From Thermoanaerobaculia bacterium (GTDB taxonomy: Bacteria > Acidobacteriota > Thermoanaerobaculia > Multivoradales > Multivoraceae): 64,000 bases of DNA. The notes under the pieces were generated by a model. It had not been told where the DNA came from. It saw only the letters and a list, made by a program, of their open reading frames with translations, and did not search any database. Positions 18,329 through 27,894 of this stretch are shown in pieces. The stretch lies in contig OY761158.1 of the NCBI GenBank assembly GCA_963664405.1, forward strand, positions 5,280,001 through 5,344,000. Direction: 5' to 3'. A program made the translations under genes and the position numbers. Position 1 is the stretch's first letter, and every line of letters begins with the position of its first letter.

Positions 18329-19554
18329 TCACCCGGTTTCTGCTGGGTGCGGAGGTTGACCGTCTCCCGGCGAAGCTTGTCGATCTTGGCGCGGATCTCT
18401 TCTTCGCGATCCTTGCGCCACTGATTGAAGTCGATGAGCTCGCCGCCACGAATCAGGTGAATGCGAGGGAACTTCTGCACGTTCCCGTCCTCGTCGAACT
18501 GGATGTTGCCGGCTACACCTGCCAGTGGCTCGATCGCTCTCATCCCTTTGAGCAGCTCCTGGGGCAGCGTGTTTGCGGCCTTCTTGAGGGCGGCGGCGAA
18601 GGCGAGTATCGAGTCGTAGGCATGTCCCGAGTAAAAGTCAGGGCCGACTCCGTACTTCTCGCGGTAGGCATTGACGAACCCGGCCATCGGCTCTTCTTCA
18701 CTCTTGGTGTCGAAGATCGGGATGGTGAGATATACGCCATCGGCGTTCTGGCCCGCCTCGGCGATCATGACGGGGTGCGAGAACACCGAGGTGGTCATTA
18801 CCCACTCTTGCTTGCCTTCGGTTCGGCCGTAGCCCCGCTTGCGGAGGTGTTCGAGGAGGCCGATTATCTGTTTGCTGTAAGCCGCCAGATAGAGACCCGT
18901 GGGCTCGAGCGCCAGGGCTTGGTCGACGATCTCTGAGAGGTTCGAGCTGTCGGATGAGAAGTAGATGACTTCCTTGACGTTGCCGCCGTACTGGGCGAAG
19001 ACGGCCTTCAGGCCCTCGAGAAGGGAGTCGGTGAAAGCTCGGTCCTCGGCCGCCACGATGACGAGGTCGTTGACATCGAGAGTCTCGGTGGCGAAGTTGG
19101 CCATGGCGCTGGCCTGCTGCATGGCGGTGGGGACAACCCGGAAGAAGGTGCGGGAAATGCCGGAAAGCTCGTCGCTCAGAGCGGCGGGGGTGATGAAGAC
19201 CCTGCCCACCTCATCCGCCACCTTGGCGATGGCGAGAGCGTCCTCGGTAGTGGTGCCGCCAATCACCGCCAAGGCTCCGCTGCGGTAGAGATCGCTGGCG
19301 GCTTGGGCCGCTTCAGGGCCGCCACCGCTCCAGTCGGCGACCTCGAGGTGAACCGTGTAGGCAAGGTCCGGATCGGCTTGAATATGTTCGTAGCCGAGCT
19401 CGATGCCTCGGCGATACGACTCCGCTACCGGTTCGGAGACGATTGTCTCGTTGAGAACGATCCCGAGTGTGACTTCCTTCTTCGGCCCGCATGCGCTGAG
19501 TCCTAGGCCAAGGCTGAGCAGGGCCAGCACCGAATAGTTCGCTCTTCCCAGCAT
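18325..19554 (-). CDS. LivK-like (PBP type 1) lipoprotein, paralog of the downstream gene
   Basis: Lipobox LSAC, HAYDS and GVAGNIQFDEDGNVQKFPRIH; clear similarity to 17090-18328. Confidence 0.8.
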   Translation of the reverse strand: MLGRANYSVLALLSLGLGLSACGPKKEVTLGIVLNETIVSEPVAESYRRGIELGYEHIQADPDLAYTVHLEVADWSGGGPEAAQAASDLYRSGALAVIGGTTTEDALAIAKVADEVGRVFITPAALSDELSGISRTFFRVVPTAMQQASAMANFATETLDVNDLVIVAAEDRAFTDSLLEGLKAVFAQYGGNVKEVIYFSSDSSNLSEIVDQALALEPTGLYLAAYSKQIIGLLEHLRKRGYGRTEGKQEWVMTTSVFSHPVMIAEAGQNADGVYLTIPIFDTKSEEEPMAGFVNAYREKYGVGPDFYSGHAYDSILAFAAALKKAANTLPQELLKGMRAIEPLAGVAGNIQFDEDGNVQKFPRIHLIRGGELIDFNQWRKDREEEIRAKIDKLRRETVNLRTQQKPGE

Positions 19555-19716
19555 CGTTGAATCAGCCCTTTAGTGCCTTGGCTTCGGCGGCGCCCGCGTT
19601 GGCTCCGCTAACTCGTCAGACGAAACACCTTACCACCCAAAGAGTCGGCTGCGGAAGGAGCTGTGTGGGTGCTATGAGCCGGAGTCGGACATAATGCTGG
19701 CGCTCGACAGTCAAGA

Positions 19717-20946
19717 TTGGAGGTCAATGTGGAAGTACAGTCCTCGAGGTCGAAGATCGGTGAAAGCTCGGGCCCGCTTGCGGGGGTGCGCGTTGTGGAC
19801 TTCTGTAGCTTCATCGCCGGTTCCTTCGGCGCGATGATGCTCGGAGACATGGGGGCGGAGGTCGTCAAGGTCGAGCCCCCAACAGGCGATCCCAGTCGCA
19901 ATTGGGGTCCGTTTATCGACGGCGAGAGTCGTCTCTTTCAGGGCTGGAACCGTAGCAAGAGGAGCGTGGCCTTGAACCTCAAGGACCCGCGCGGGCTGGA
20001 GGTCGCCGACGACCTCGTGCGCGGCGCCGACGTAGTGATGGAGAACTTTCGGCCTGGCGTGTCCGAGCGGCTCGGTATCGGCTACGAGCGGCTCAAAGAA
20101 ATCAACAAGGGAATCGTCTATCTGAGCTCGACCGCGTTCGGCCACACCGGCCCTGACCGGCTGCGACCGGGGTACGACCCGGTTTTGCAGACGATCAGTG
20201 GCGCGGCAAAGATGCACGAGCGCTTTTGCGATCAAGTGCATATTTGCTCCGTCGCGGTGAGCGACTATGGAGCGGCCATGCTCGCGGCCGGGGCAGTCTG
20301 TGCCGCTCTCTTCCATCGCGAGCGAACAGGAGAGGGGCAGAAGCTCGAGACCTCTCTCTTACAGGCGGTGATGACGGTGCAGTCGGCGGCTTTCATCCAG
20401 GCTCTCGAGCACGAGGAAGGCACGGTGGGGGGCATCTACCCGTACCGCAACTTCGAGACCGCGGAGGGCCCTCTGTTCATCGCCGCCGGCACCGACAAGT
20501 TTTGGCGCCTCCTTTGCGACGCGATCGGTCACTCCGATTTGGGGGAGGACCCGCGCTATGACACCAACCCCAAACGAGTCGCGGCGATTCCGGAGCTGGA
20601 GGAGAAGCTGAAGCCGATCTTTCTGCGACGAAGCAGTCGCGATTGGGAGTCGCTGCTGGTGGAGAAGGGAGTTCCGTGCGCGGCCGCCCGGACGGCTCTC
20701 GAGTTCTTTGACGAGCCGCAGGTGGAGGCTCTCGAAATGAACCCGGTGATCCAACACTCGAAGCTGGGACCGCTCCGGGTATCGGGACTTCCGGTCGGCT
20801 TCAGCCAGACTCCCTGCGCGATCCAGAGCGCTGCGCCTCTTCTTGGCGAGCACAGTCGGGAGGTACTCGCTGCGCTCGGTTACGAGGACTCGCGCATTAC
20901 ATCGCTGGTCGAGGCGGGGGTTGTCGTCGAGGCTGGAGGCGGATGA
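19717..20946 (+). CDS. Class III CoA-transferase (CaiB/BaiF)
   Basis: PLAGVRVVD, LGDMGAEVVKVEP, NRSKRS, ENFRPG and APLLGEH motifs. Start uncertain. Confidence 0.92.
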   Translation: MEVNVEVQSSRSKIGESSGPLAGVRVVDFCSFIAGSFGAMMLGDMGAEVVKVEPPTGDPSRNWGPFIDGESRLFQGWNRSKRSVALNLKDPRGLEVADDLVRGADVVMENFRPGVSERLGIGYERLKEINKGIVYLSSTAFGHTGPDRLRPGYDPVLQTISGAAKMHERFCDQVHICSVAVSDYGAAMLAAGAVCAALFHRERTGEGQKLETSLLQAVMTVQSAAFIQALEHEEGTVGGIYPYRNFETAEGPLFIAAGTDKFWRLLCDAIGHSDLGEDPRYDTNPKRVAAIPELEEKLKPIFLRRSSRDWESLLVEKGVPCAAARTALEFFDEPQVEALEMNPVIQHSKLGPLRVSGLPVGFSQTPCAIQSAAPLLGEHSREVLAALGYEDSRITSLVEAGVVVEAGGG

Positions 20947-21545
20947 GCCGTCTCATCATGATCCGTCATGGTGAGAGCCTTGCCAACTTGGAAGGACGTT
21001 TCACCTGGACTGTCGATGAACCGCTTACCCCGATAGGTGTCGAGCAGGCACGCGCGACCGGCGAACATCTGTCGCTTCACTTCACCCCGAAGGTGCTTTA
21101 TGCGAGCCCATTTCGTCGCGCCTTCGAAACGGCTCGAGAGATCGGCGGGATTTTCGGTCTCGAGCCGCAGGTCGTCGAGGCGTTTCGCGAGCAGGACTTT
21201 GGCGTCTTCAAGGGGCAGCCCTACGCGAACTTCTACGGCAACCACGCCGCAGGCAGTGCGGAGCGTTGGGAGTTGCTTCCTGAAGGAGGAGAGAGGCTGA
21301 GGGAAGTGGCCGAACGGGCGGGGGCGGCTCTCGATCGCATCGCCGAGGAACATGCCGGAGATGAGGTCCTGGTGGTCAGCCATGGTGGCGTCATGTCGGC
21401 ACTACGAGGTTGGGCGCGGGCGGACTACACTCGAGCACCGACACCGACTCGCAACGCATGGGGCTACGTTCTGCAGTGGCGTAGCGGCGATTATCACGGT
21501 CCTATCGAGCTCGATGACTACCCGGGCTCGGAGCCGCGGGAGTAG
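20943..21545 (+). CDS. Histidine phosphatase family protein
   Basis: RHGES, ASPFRRA and VSHGG motifs. Confidence 0.9.
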   Translation: MSRLIMIRHGESLANLEGRFTWTVDEPLTPIGVEQARATGEHLSLHFTPKVLYASPFRRAFETAREIGGIFGLEPQVVEAFREQDFGVFKGQPYANFYGNHAAGSAERWELLPEGGERLREVAERAGAALDRIAEEHAGDEVLVVSHGGVMSALRGWARADYTRAPTPTRNAWGYVLQWRSGDYHGPIELDDYPGSEPRE

Positions 21546-21569
21546 CGCCGGACTCGCTGCGTTCCCGCC

Positions 21570-22745
21570 ATGTTGTCTTCCTTCGTCGTTCTGGTCGGCG
21601 CCGTCCTCGGCGCCGTTGTTTTGGGCTTCTGGCTCCTCCTCCTGACCGACCGCAGTCGGGCCTGGCCTCGTGAGCTCTTCTTACGGCACTCGGGGCCGCC
21701 TCGGTTTGAGTCTTCGGTAGCCGTTCTCGTCCCGGCTCGCGACGAGGCCGCGATGCTGCCGCTGACATTGCCTTCGCTGCTCAATCAAGACTTTGGCCGC
21801 TACGAGGTTGTGGTCGCCGACGACGGCTCGAGTGATGGGACGGCAGAATTGGCGATGGGGCTCGCGGAAGAGACTGCCGGCTCGGTGGCGGTTGTGATCT
21901 GCGCCCCGAAACCCACAGGTTGGGCCGGAAAGGTCCATGCCCAGCAATGCGGTCTGGACGCGATTCTCGGCAGTGGCGCGGTTCCTGAGTGGATGCTCCT
22001 ATCCGATGCCGATATCCGTCATCCTGACGACTCCTTGTCTTCGTTGATCGCCCAGGCGCAGCGCGGCGGCTACGACATGGTCTCGGTGATGGCCCGGCTC
22101 CACGCCGGCAGCTTTTGGGAGCGCCTGCTGATCCCTCCCTTCGTTTTCTTTTTCAACCTTCTCTACCCCTTTCGTAGCGTCCGCCACCGTTCGTCCGAGG
22201 TCGCCGCGGCCGCCGGCGGGTGCGTTCTGGTCCGCACCGCCGCCCTGGTCGAGGCCGGTGGCTTTGCGGCGATTCAGGGGGAGTTGATCGACGACGTCGC
22301 ACTGGCCCGTCTGCTCAAGAGCCACCACCGGCAGCTATGGCTCGGCTTCGATCCTCAGATCGAGTCGGTTCGCCCTTACCGCTCCCTCGCCGAGCTATGG
22401 GACATGGTCGCTCGCAGTGCCTTTGTTCAGCTCGGCTACCGGTACTGGTTGGTGCCCCCGGTCGCTCTCGGGCTGGCGATATTCTTCGTCGGCCCGCCGG
22501 TGTTAGCCCTAGCCGGCTTTGCCGCACACAGTGCGATCATCGTTCTCCTTTCGTTGGCTGCTTGGCTGCTTCAGGCCTTTCATCTTTATCCTTATGGCCG
22601 CCACCATCGGGTCCCTGCCGCCTACAGTTTCCTGCTGCCTCTAGCTTCGGCGTTCTACGCTGCGATGACTGTGAGCTCGGCGTGGCGCCACCTCTTGCGC
22701 CAGGGCTCGCGTTGGAAGGAGCGCGACTACGGGAGCTCAGAATGA
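21570..22745 (+). CDS. hpnB: GT2 glycosyltransferase, hopanoid-associated HpnB-like
   Basis: VPARDEA, DDGSSDGT, GWAGK, AAAGGCVL, IDDVALA and WDMVARSAFVQL motifs. Confidence 0.75.
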   Translation: MLSSFVVLVGAVLGAVVLGFWLLLLTDRSRAWPRELFLRHSGPPRFESSVAVLVPARDEAAMLPLTLPSLLNQDFGRYEVVVADDGSSDGTAELAMGLAEETAGSVAVVICAPKPTGWAGKVHAQQCGLDAILGSGAVPEWMLLSDADIRHPDDSLSSLIAQAQRGGYDMVSVMARLHAGSFWERLLIPPFVFFFNLLYPFRSVRHRSSEVAAAAGGCVLVRTAALVEAGGFAAIQGELIDDVALARLLKSHHRQLWLGFDPQIESVRPYRSLAELWDMVARSAFVQLGYRYWLVPPVALGLAIFFVGPPVLALAGFAAHSAIIVLLSLAAWLLQAFHLYPYGRHHRVPAAYSFLLPLASAFYAAMTVSSAWRHLLRQGSRWKERDYGSSE

Positions 22746-23197
22746 GCGAGGTCACCGTCAGAAAGATGCGGCCCTCCGAGTTGGACCTGGTGGCCGAGCT
22801 CTGGTGGCACAGTTTCGACGACTCGACCCAGTGGCTCCGCCCCGACCAGAAGCACCCCCTGGCGGAAGCGCTGAGCTTCTTTCGCACCGTTGTAGCGAAG
22901 CGTTGCGAGTTATGGATAGCGATGCGTGAGGAGGCAATTGTCGGCTTACTGGCAATGCACGGAGACGAGGTCGATCGTCTCTACGTTGCCACCGAAGCAC
23001 AGAAGCAGGGCATCGGAGGTACCCTCCTCGATCACGCCAAGGCGTTATCTCCGGACGGCCTCCGTTTGGTCACCCTGCAGCGCAACACGCAGGCACGTCT
23101 CTTCTACGAGCGCCACGGTTTCGCCGCCTTCGACACCGGCTGTAGCGCTCCTCCGGAAAACGAACCGGACATCTGGTATCGCTGGCCCAGCTGGTGA
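22742..23197 (+). CDS. GNAT N-acetyltransferase
   Basis: LYV..QKQGIG and NTQARLFYERHGF motifs; ATGA overlap with the upstream stop. Confidence 0.88.
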   Translation: MSEVTVRKMRPSELDLVAELWWHSFDDSTQWLRPDQKHPLAEALSFFRTVVAKRCELWIAMREEAIVGLLAMHGDEVDRLYVATEAQKQGIGGTLLDHAKALSPDGLRLVTLQRNTQARLFYERHGFAAFDTGCSAPPENEPDIWYRWPSW

Positions 23198-23291
23198 TGG
23201 CTCGAGGGTGCTTGCCGGTCCCTAAGGCCCCGAGTAGCTGGCGCCTCGAGGGAGTCTCTCGTAACGCGTGGTAGATTGTCGGGGCTCCGAG

Positions 23292-24743
23292 ATGATGATG
23301 AGTGCTGCTCTTCAACGCCTTGGCGACGGCTTGGTGGCGGTTGTCAAAGAGGATTGTCCGACCTGCAAATTGGTGACGCCGGTGCTGCAGGAGCTCCGCT
23401 CCTTGGGAGTCGGCGTGCAGGTGGTGACTCAGGACGACCCCGACTTTCCAGAGGGGCTCGAGGCGATCGACGATCGCGATCTCGAGATCTCTTACCGTCT
23501 CGAAGTAGAGGCGGTGCCTACTCTTTTCAAGATCGAGCAGGGCGAAGTCCTTGATCGTCGTGTGGGCTGGAACCGTCAGGAGTGGCGCGATTTCACGGGC
23601 GTCGAAAGCTTGGGTCTCGAGATGCCTGAGTATCGACCGGGGTGTGGGTCTCGAACCACCGAGCCTGGCGCTGCCGAGCGACTCAAGGTGCGTTTTGACG
23701 CTTCCTCGCTCCAATCTCGGCGAGTGGAGATTGGCGGCGAAGAGGATCCGATCGAAGCTTGCTACGCACGAGGTTGGAGCGACGGCCTGCCGGTGGTTCC
23801 GCCGACTCCCGAGCGGGTGGAGCGCATGCTGTCCGGAACCCGTCGCGACCGCGCCGAGCTGGTGGCGGTGGTACCGCCCGATTACGCCGAGTGCACGGTC
23901 GAGAAAGTCGCAATCAGCGCGGTCATGGCCGGCTGCCTGCCCGAGTACCTGCCAGTGGTGATGGCGGCAGTGGAAGCGGTTTGCACCGACGAGTTCAACA
24001 TCCACGGCCTCGCCGCCACCACGATGGCGGTGGGACCGGTGGTGATTGTCAACGGTCCGATCCGACAGCGGATCGGGATGAACTCGGGTATCAACGCGCT
24101 CGGGCAAGGGAATCGTGCCAACGCCACTATCGGTAGAGCGTTGCAACTGGTGGTGCGCAACGTGGGCGGAGCCCGTCCCGGCGGCGTCGACCGCGCCACC
24201 CTGGGCAATCCCGGAAAGTACACGCTCTGTTTTGCCGAGAACGAGGAAGACTCTCCCTGGGATTCTCTGGCGCAGGAGCGCGGAGTCGAGGCTGAGGCCT
24301 CAGCTGTGACCGTCTTCGGCGCCGATGCGCCGCACCTGGTGATAGATCAGCTCTCTCGCACGCCGGAATCGCTTGCCATCTCCCTCGCCGGTACGTTGCG
24401 CGCATTGGCGAACGCCAAGCTCGTCCTCGGTTTCGATGCCTTCATAGTCATCGGCCCCGAGCACGCCAGGGTTTTCTCCGACGGAGGTTGGTCGAAGGCG
24501 CGGTTGCGCCAGGAGCTGCTCGAGATCCTGACCATGCCGGCGGCCGATCTGGTGCGGGGAGCCGGGGGCTGCGCCGAGGGGCTACCGGAGTCTTTCTCTA
24601 GCGAAGAGGTCTGCAAGTTTGGCAACGATGCCCTGTGGTTCGTTCATGCCGGGGGAAGGGCAGGAATGTTCTCGGCGGTGATGGGAGGCTGGGCGCGTGG
24701 CCCGCGAGGGAGCATGCCGGTGACCAGGGAGGTGAAAGAGTGA
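23292..24743 (+). CDS. Thioredoxin-like (CPTC) domain fused to a conserved domain of unknown function; UGSC selenoprotein partner
   Basis: KEDCPTC..VPT in the N-terminal domain; GWSDGLPVVPPT, AVMAGC and NRANATIGRA in the C-terminal domain. Confidence 0.8.
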   Translation: MMMSAALQRLGDGLVAVVKEDCPTCKLVTPVLQELRSLGVGVQVVTQDDPDFPEGLEAIDDRDLEISYRLEVEAVPTLFKIEQGEVLDRRVGWNRQEWRDFTGVESLGLEMPEYRPGCGSRTTEPGAAERLKVRFDASSLQSRRVEIGGEEDPIEACYARGWSDGLPVVPPTPERVERMLSGTRRDRAELVAVVPPDYAECTVEKVAISAVMAGCLPEYLPVVMAAVEAVCTDEFNIHGLAATTMAVGPVVIVNGPIRQRIGMNSGINALGQGNRANATIGRALQLVVRNVGGARPGGVDRATLGNPGKYTLCFAENEEDSPWDSLAQERGVEAEASAVTVFGADAPHLVIDQLSRTPESLAISLAGTLRALANAKLVLGFDAFIVIGPEHARVFSDGGWSKARLRQELLEILTMPAADLVRGAGGCAEGLPESFSSEEVCKFGNDALWFVHAGGRAGMFSAVMGGWARGPRGSMPVTREVKE

Positions 24744-25258
24744 GCGAGAGTACGTTGTTGGACCCGACCAGCGAGCGCCAGCCGTCTCGGCGGGCAGCCG
24801 CTCCACGTCTGCCGGCCATCGCCGGCCGAAAAATTGGGCTACTCGATATATCGAAGGCGCGTGGCGATGTCTTCCTCGACCGGGTCGAAGAGAAGCTGAC
24901 CGCCGGCGGCGCGGAGGTGCTGCGTTTCGCCAAGCCGACCTTTACCAAGCCCGCGCCGGTGGACCTGCGCCAAGAGATTGCCCAACGCTGTGACGCGGTC
25001 ATCGAGGCTCTCGCCGATTGAGGGTCCTGCACGTCGTGCAGTGTGCATGACATGACTGATCTCGAGAGCCGCGGTATCCCGACCGTTTTCGTCGCGTCTT
25101 CGGAGTTTGTTGATGCCGCGGTGGCGCAGTCGTCGGCTCTAGGTTCCGACTCGCCGCGAGTCTTCGTTCCTCACCCGATCCAGGATCGCACCGACGAAGA
25201 GATCCTGGCACTGGCCGAGGCGGCATTTGACGAGATTGTAGGTGGATTGCTTCAGTAG
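24740..25258 (+). CDS. UGSC-family selenoprotein (TGA 25019-25021 read as Sec)
   Basis: Track ORFs 24635-25021 and 25043-25258 share a frame. Read-through gives EALAD-U-GSCTSCSVHD...ESRGIPTV. GTGA overlap start at 24740; SECIS-like hairpin downstream. Confidence 0.88.
25030..25054 (+). promoter_or_regulatory. Candidate bacterial SECIS element
   Basis: GTCGTGCA-GTG-TGCATGAC 8-bp stem (25033-25051, one G-U pair), with the apical G 20 nt after the UGA. Confidence 0.6.
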
Positions 25259-25491
25259 TTGACGGGGTCCGGGCGAAAATTTGGGTGGCTAGTACCCGCG
25301 ATCCCCGCCTGCGATCCTGACGCGGCTTGCCTCCCTTACCCGAGGAGAGATGTAGCCACATCCTCGGCCCACCGCCGCGAGCGTGGCCTACGATCGGGGG
25401 CGATTGGAGGAGCCTTGGGTCACGCTGTCGAGGCGAATGGAGTGATGGATGCGGCGACGCAAGAGGAGTTCGCGCCCTGGCTCGCGGTCTA

Positions 25492-25533
25492 TCGGGGAGT
25501 GGCAGCCAGCGGCCAGAGGCTGCCACTCCCCGA
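25492..25533. repeat. Perfect 16-bp inverted repeat
   Basis: TCGGGGAGTGGCAGCC-N10-GGCTGCCACTCCCCGA. Confidence 0.7.
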
Positions 25534-25571
25534 GTAGAGATTAGGCGTAGAATCGTTTCGGGAGGGACGAG

Positions 25572-26579
25572 GTGAGAGAGGTAGAGAGTTTCGAGACCAG
25601 TGAGGGGCGCCATATCTACGCTTTGCCGATCGAGGCTTTCCCCGACTTCTTTGTCAACATCTATGTGATCAGCGACGGCGAGCGGCGCTTTCTGGTGGAT
25701 TGCGGCTCGCCGATGGAGAAGTCGAATCGCGACCTCGTGGCCGCGCTGGAGACGGCCAGCGAGCGTTTCGGCGAGCCCCTGTCGCTCGCCACGATGGATC
25801 TCATTTTCATCACCCACGGTCACACCGACCACTTTGGTGGCCTCCCCTTCGTGCGTAGGCATACGGACGCCCCGATCGGGGTCCATGTGCTCGATCGCCG
25901 CATCCTTTCGCATCACGAAGAGAGGGTGATCGTCGCTTCCAAGCACCTCCAGGTCTATCTCGCGCGCTCCGGCCTGTCGCAAAACGCGCGACAGGGACTG
26001 ATGCAGATGTATCTCGCGCCGAAGAGCATGTATCGCTCGACCGAGGTCCAATTCGAGCTCGAGGAGGGGCCCCGAGCGGAGGACGGTGTTGAGATCTTTC
26101 ATGTTCCGGGTCATTGCCCGGGCCAGGTTTGCATCCGGGTCGACGACATTCTGCTGGCCGCTGATCATGTACTGTCGCGTATCACTCCGCATCAGTCGCC
26201 TGAGTCGATCACTCTCAATATGGGTCTGGGTCACTATCTCGACTCTTTGACCAAGATTCAGCCCATGGAGGGAATCCGCCTTACGCTCGGGGGGCACGAG
26301 AATCCGATGGAGGATCTCTTTGGCCGTGTGGGCGAGATCAAGGCGTCCCACGACGAGCGCCTCACTAAGGTGCTCGATCTGTGCCGGAGCGAGCCGCAGT
26401 CGATCGCCGCGGTCTCGAAGTCTTTGTTCGGTGACGTCAAGGGCTACACGGTGCTCTTGGCGCTCGAGGAGGCCGGCGCGCACGTCGAATATCTCTACCA
26501 GCGCGGGGAGCTGGTGGCCGGAAATGTCGAGGAGCTGCGCGATCAGGAAGAGCCTGTGATTCAGTACCAGGCGGAGTGA
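25572..26579 (+). CDS. MBL-fold metallo-hydrolase
   Basis: THGHTDHFGG, PGHCPG, ADH and GGHE motifs. Confidence 0.9.
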   Translation: MREVESFETSEGRHIYALPIEAFPDFFVNIYVISDGERRFLVDCGSPMEKSNRDLVAALETASERFGEPLSLATMDLIFITHGHTDHFGGLPFVRRHTDAPIGVHVLDRRILSHHEERVIVASKHLQVYLARSGLSQNARQGLMQMYLAPKSMYRSTEVQFELEEGPRAEDGVEIFHVPGHCPGQVCIRVDDILLAADHVLSRITPHQSPESITLNMGLGHYLDSLTKIQPMEGIRLTLGGHENPMEDLFGRVGEIKASHDERLTKVLDLCRSEPQSIAAVSKSLFGDVKGYTVLLALEEAGAHVEYLYQRGELVAGNVEELRDQEEPVIQYQAE

Positions 26580-26644
26580 GAGCTGCCCCCTCAGCAGGTC
26601 TCATGTGGTACAAATGACAGCTCAGCTTCTACGAGTCGCGCACT

Positions 26645-27292
26645 TTGAAGATTCAAGGCGAACACTTCTTGGCCGCCCCACAGGACTTGGTCTGGGAGGC
26701 CCTGCTTGACGCGGAAGTACTTTCGGCCACGGTCCCTGGCTCGCAGGGCCTCGAGCAGATTTCCGAGAACGAGTTTGAGGGCAAGCTGAAGATCAAGGTG
26801 GGCCCCGTACAGGGTGTCTTTCAAGGGAAGGTCTCTCTCTCCGATCTCGAGCCCCCGAGCAGTTATCGCATCAAGATCGAGGGCCGCGGACCCGTCGGTT
26901 TCATGAGCGGGGACGGGACCGTCAAGCTCAGCCAGAGCGACGGAGGGACGCTTCTAGGCTACGACGTCACGGCGCAGATCGGAGGCCGCATCGCCGGCGT
27001 GGGTCAGCGCTTGATGGACAGTACTGCCAAGGTGATCACCCGCCAGACCCTGGAAGCTCTGGGAGCCCAGATCGAAGCACGAGCGGCGGACGACGCTGAG
27101 GACGTGGATGAAGAGGGAGCGGTCGAGCCCGCCCCGCCGCCGCGACCGGCGACGGAGTCGGAGTTTGCCGCACAAGTCGCCAAGGGCGTGGTAGCCGAGC
27201 TGGTGCCCGAGCAGTACCGACGTATGGCTGTAATGGCCATCGTGGGCCTGGGGGCCGCCGGCGCCGTTCTAGCGCTTCGGGGGTGCGGCTGA
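26645..27292 (+). CDS. coxG: CoxG (SRPBCC) with C-terminal membrane anchor
   Basis: VWEALLD..VPG, KVGPV and [11 protein letters not shown] motifs; hydrophobic tail. Confidence 0.88.
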   Translation: MKIQGEHFLAAPQDLVWEALLDAEVLSATVPGSQGLEQISENEFEGKLKIKVGPVQGVFQGKVSLSDLEPPSSYRIKIEGRGPVGFMSGDGTVKLSQSDGGTLLGYDVTAQIGGRIAGVGQRLMDSTAKVITRQTLEALGAQIEARAADDAEDVDEEGAVEPAPPPRPATESEFAAQVAKGVVAELVPEQYRRMAVMAIVGLGAAGAVLALRGCG

Positions 27293-27422
27293 TGCCGGAA
27301 CGCTCTCGAGAGGCTTGGTATGGTCGAATGAGAACGCCTGGGGTCCCGGGACTCGGAGCAGGGATCGCGTGGACTTGTCGCAGTAGCAGAGAATGGGCGG
27401 TCGGAAAACCTCGGAGGTGTGT

Positions 27423-27893
27423 ATGAAGCACAGAGTTCGAATGGAAGTAAACGGATCAGCGGTCGAGCGTGAGATCGAGCCGCGCACACTTCTTGTCCAT
27501 TTCTTGCGCGAGGATCTGGCGCTGACCGGCACCAACGTCGGCTGTGAGACGAGTCTGTGTGGCGCTTGCACCGTTCTCATCGACGGCCAAGCGGTGAAGT
27601 CGTGTACCCAGCTCGCGCTACAGGCGGAAGGTCGCAGTGTGACGACGATCGAAGGGTTAGCCGAAGACGGCGAGCTTCACCCGCTCCAGCAGGAATTCTG
27701 GGACAACCACGGTCTGCAGTGCGGATATTGCACTCCTGGAATGATTCTGTCCTCGGTCGCGCTGCTGAGCGAGAACCCGAGTCCAACAGAGGAGGAGATC
27801 CGCAATGGTCTCCGAGGCAATCTGTGCCGCTGCACTGGCTACCACAACATCATCAAGGCGGTGAAGGCTGCCGCCGCCGGTCAGGGGACTTGA
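27423..27893 (+). CDS. coxS: 2Fe-2S small subunit CoxS
   Basis: [19 protein letters not shown] and NLCRCTGY motifs. Confidence 0.95.
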   Translation: MKHRVRMEVNGSAVEREIEPRTLLVHFLREDLALTGTNVGCETSLCGACTVLIDGQAVKSCTQLALQAEGRSVTTIEGLAEDGELHPLQQEFWDNHGLQCGYCTPGMILSSVALLSENPSPTEEEIRNGLRGNLCRCTGYHNIIKAVKAAAAGQGT

Positions 27894-27894
27894 T

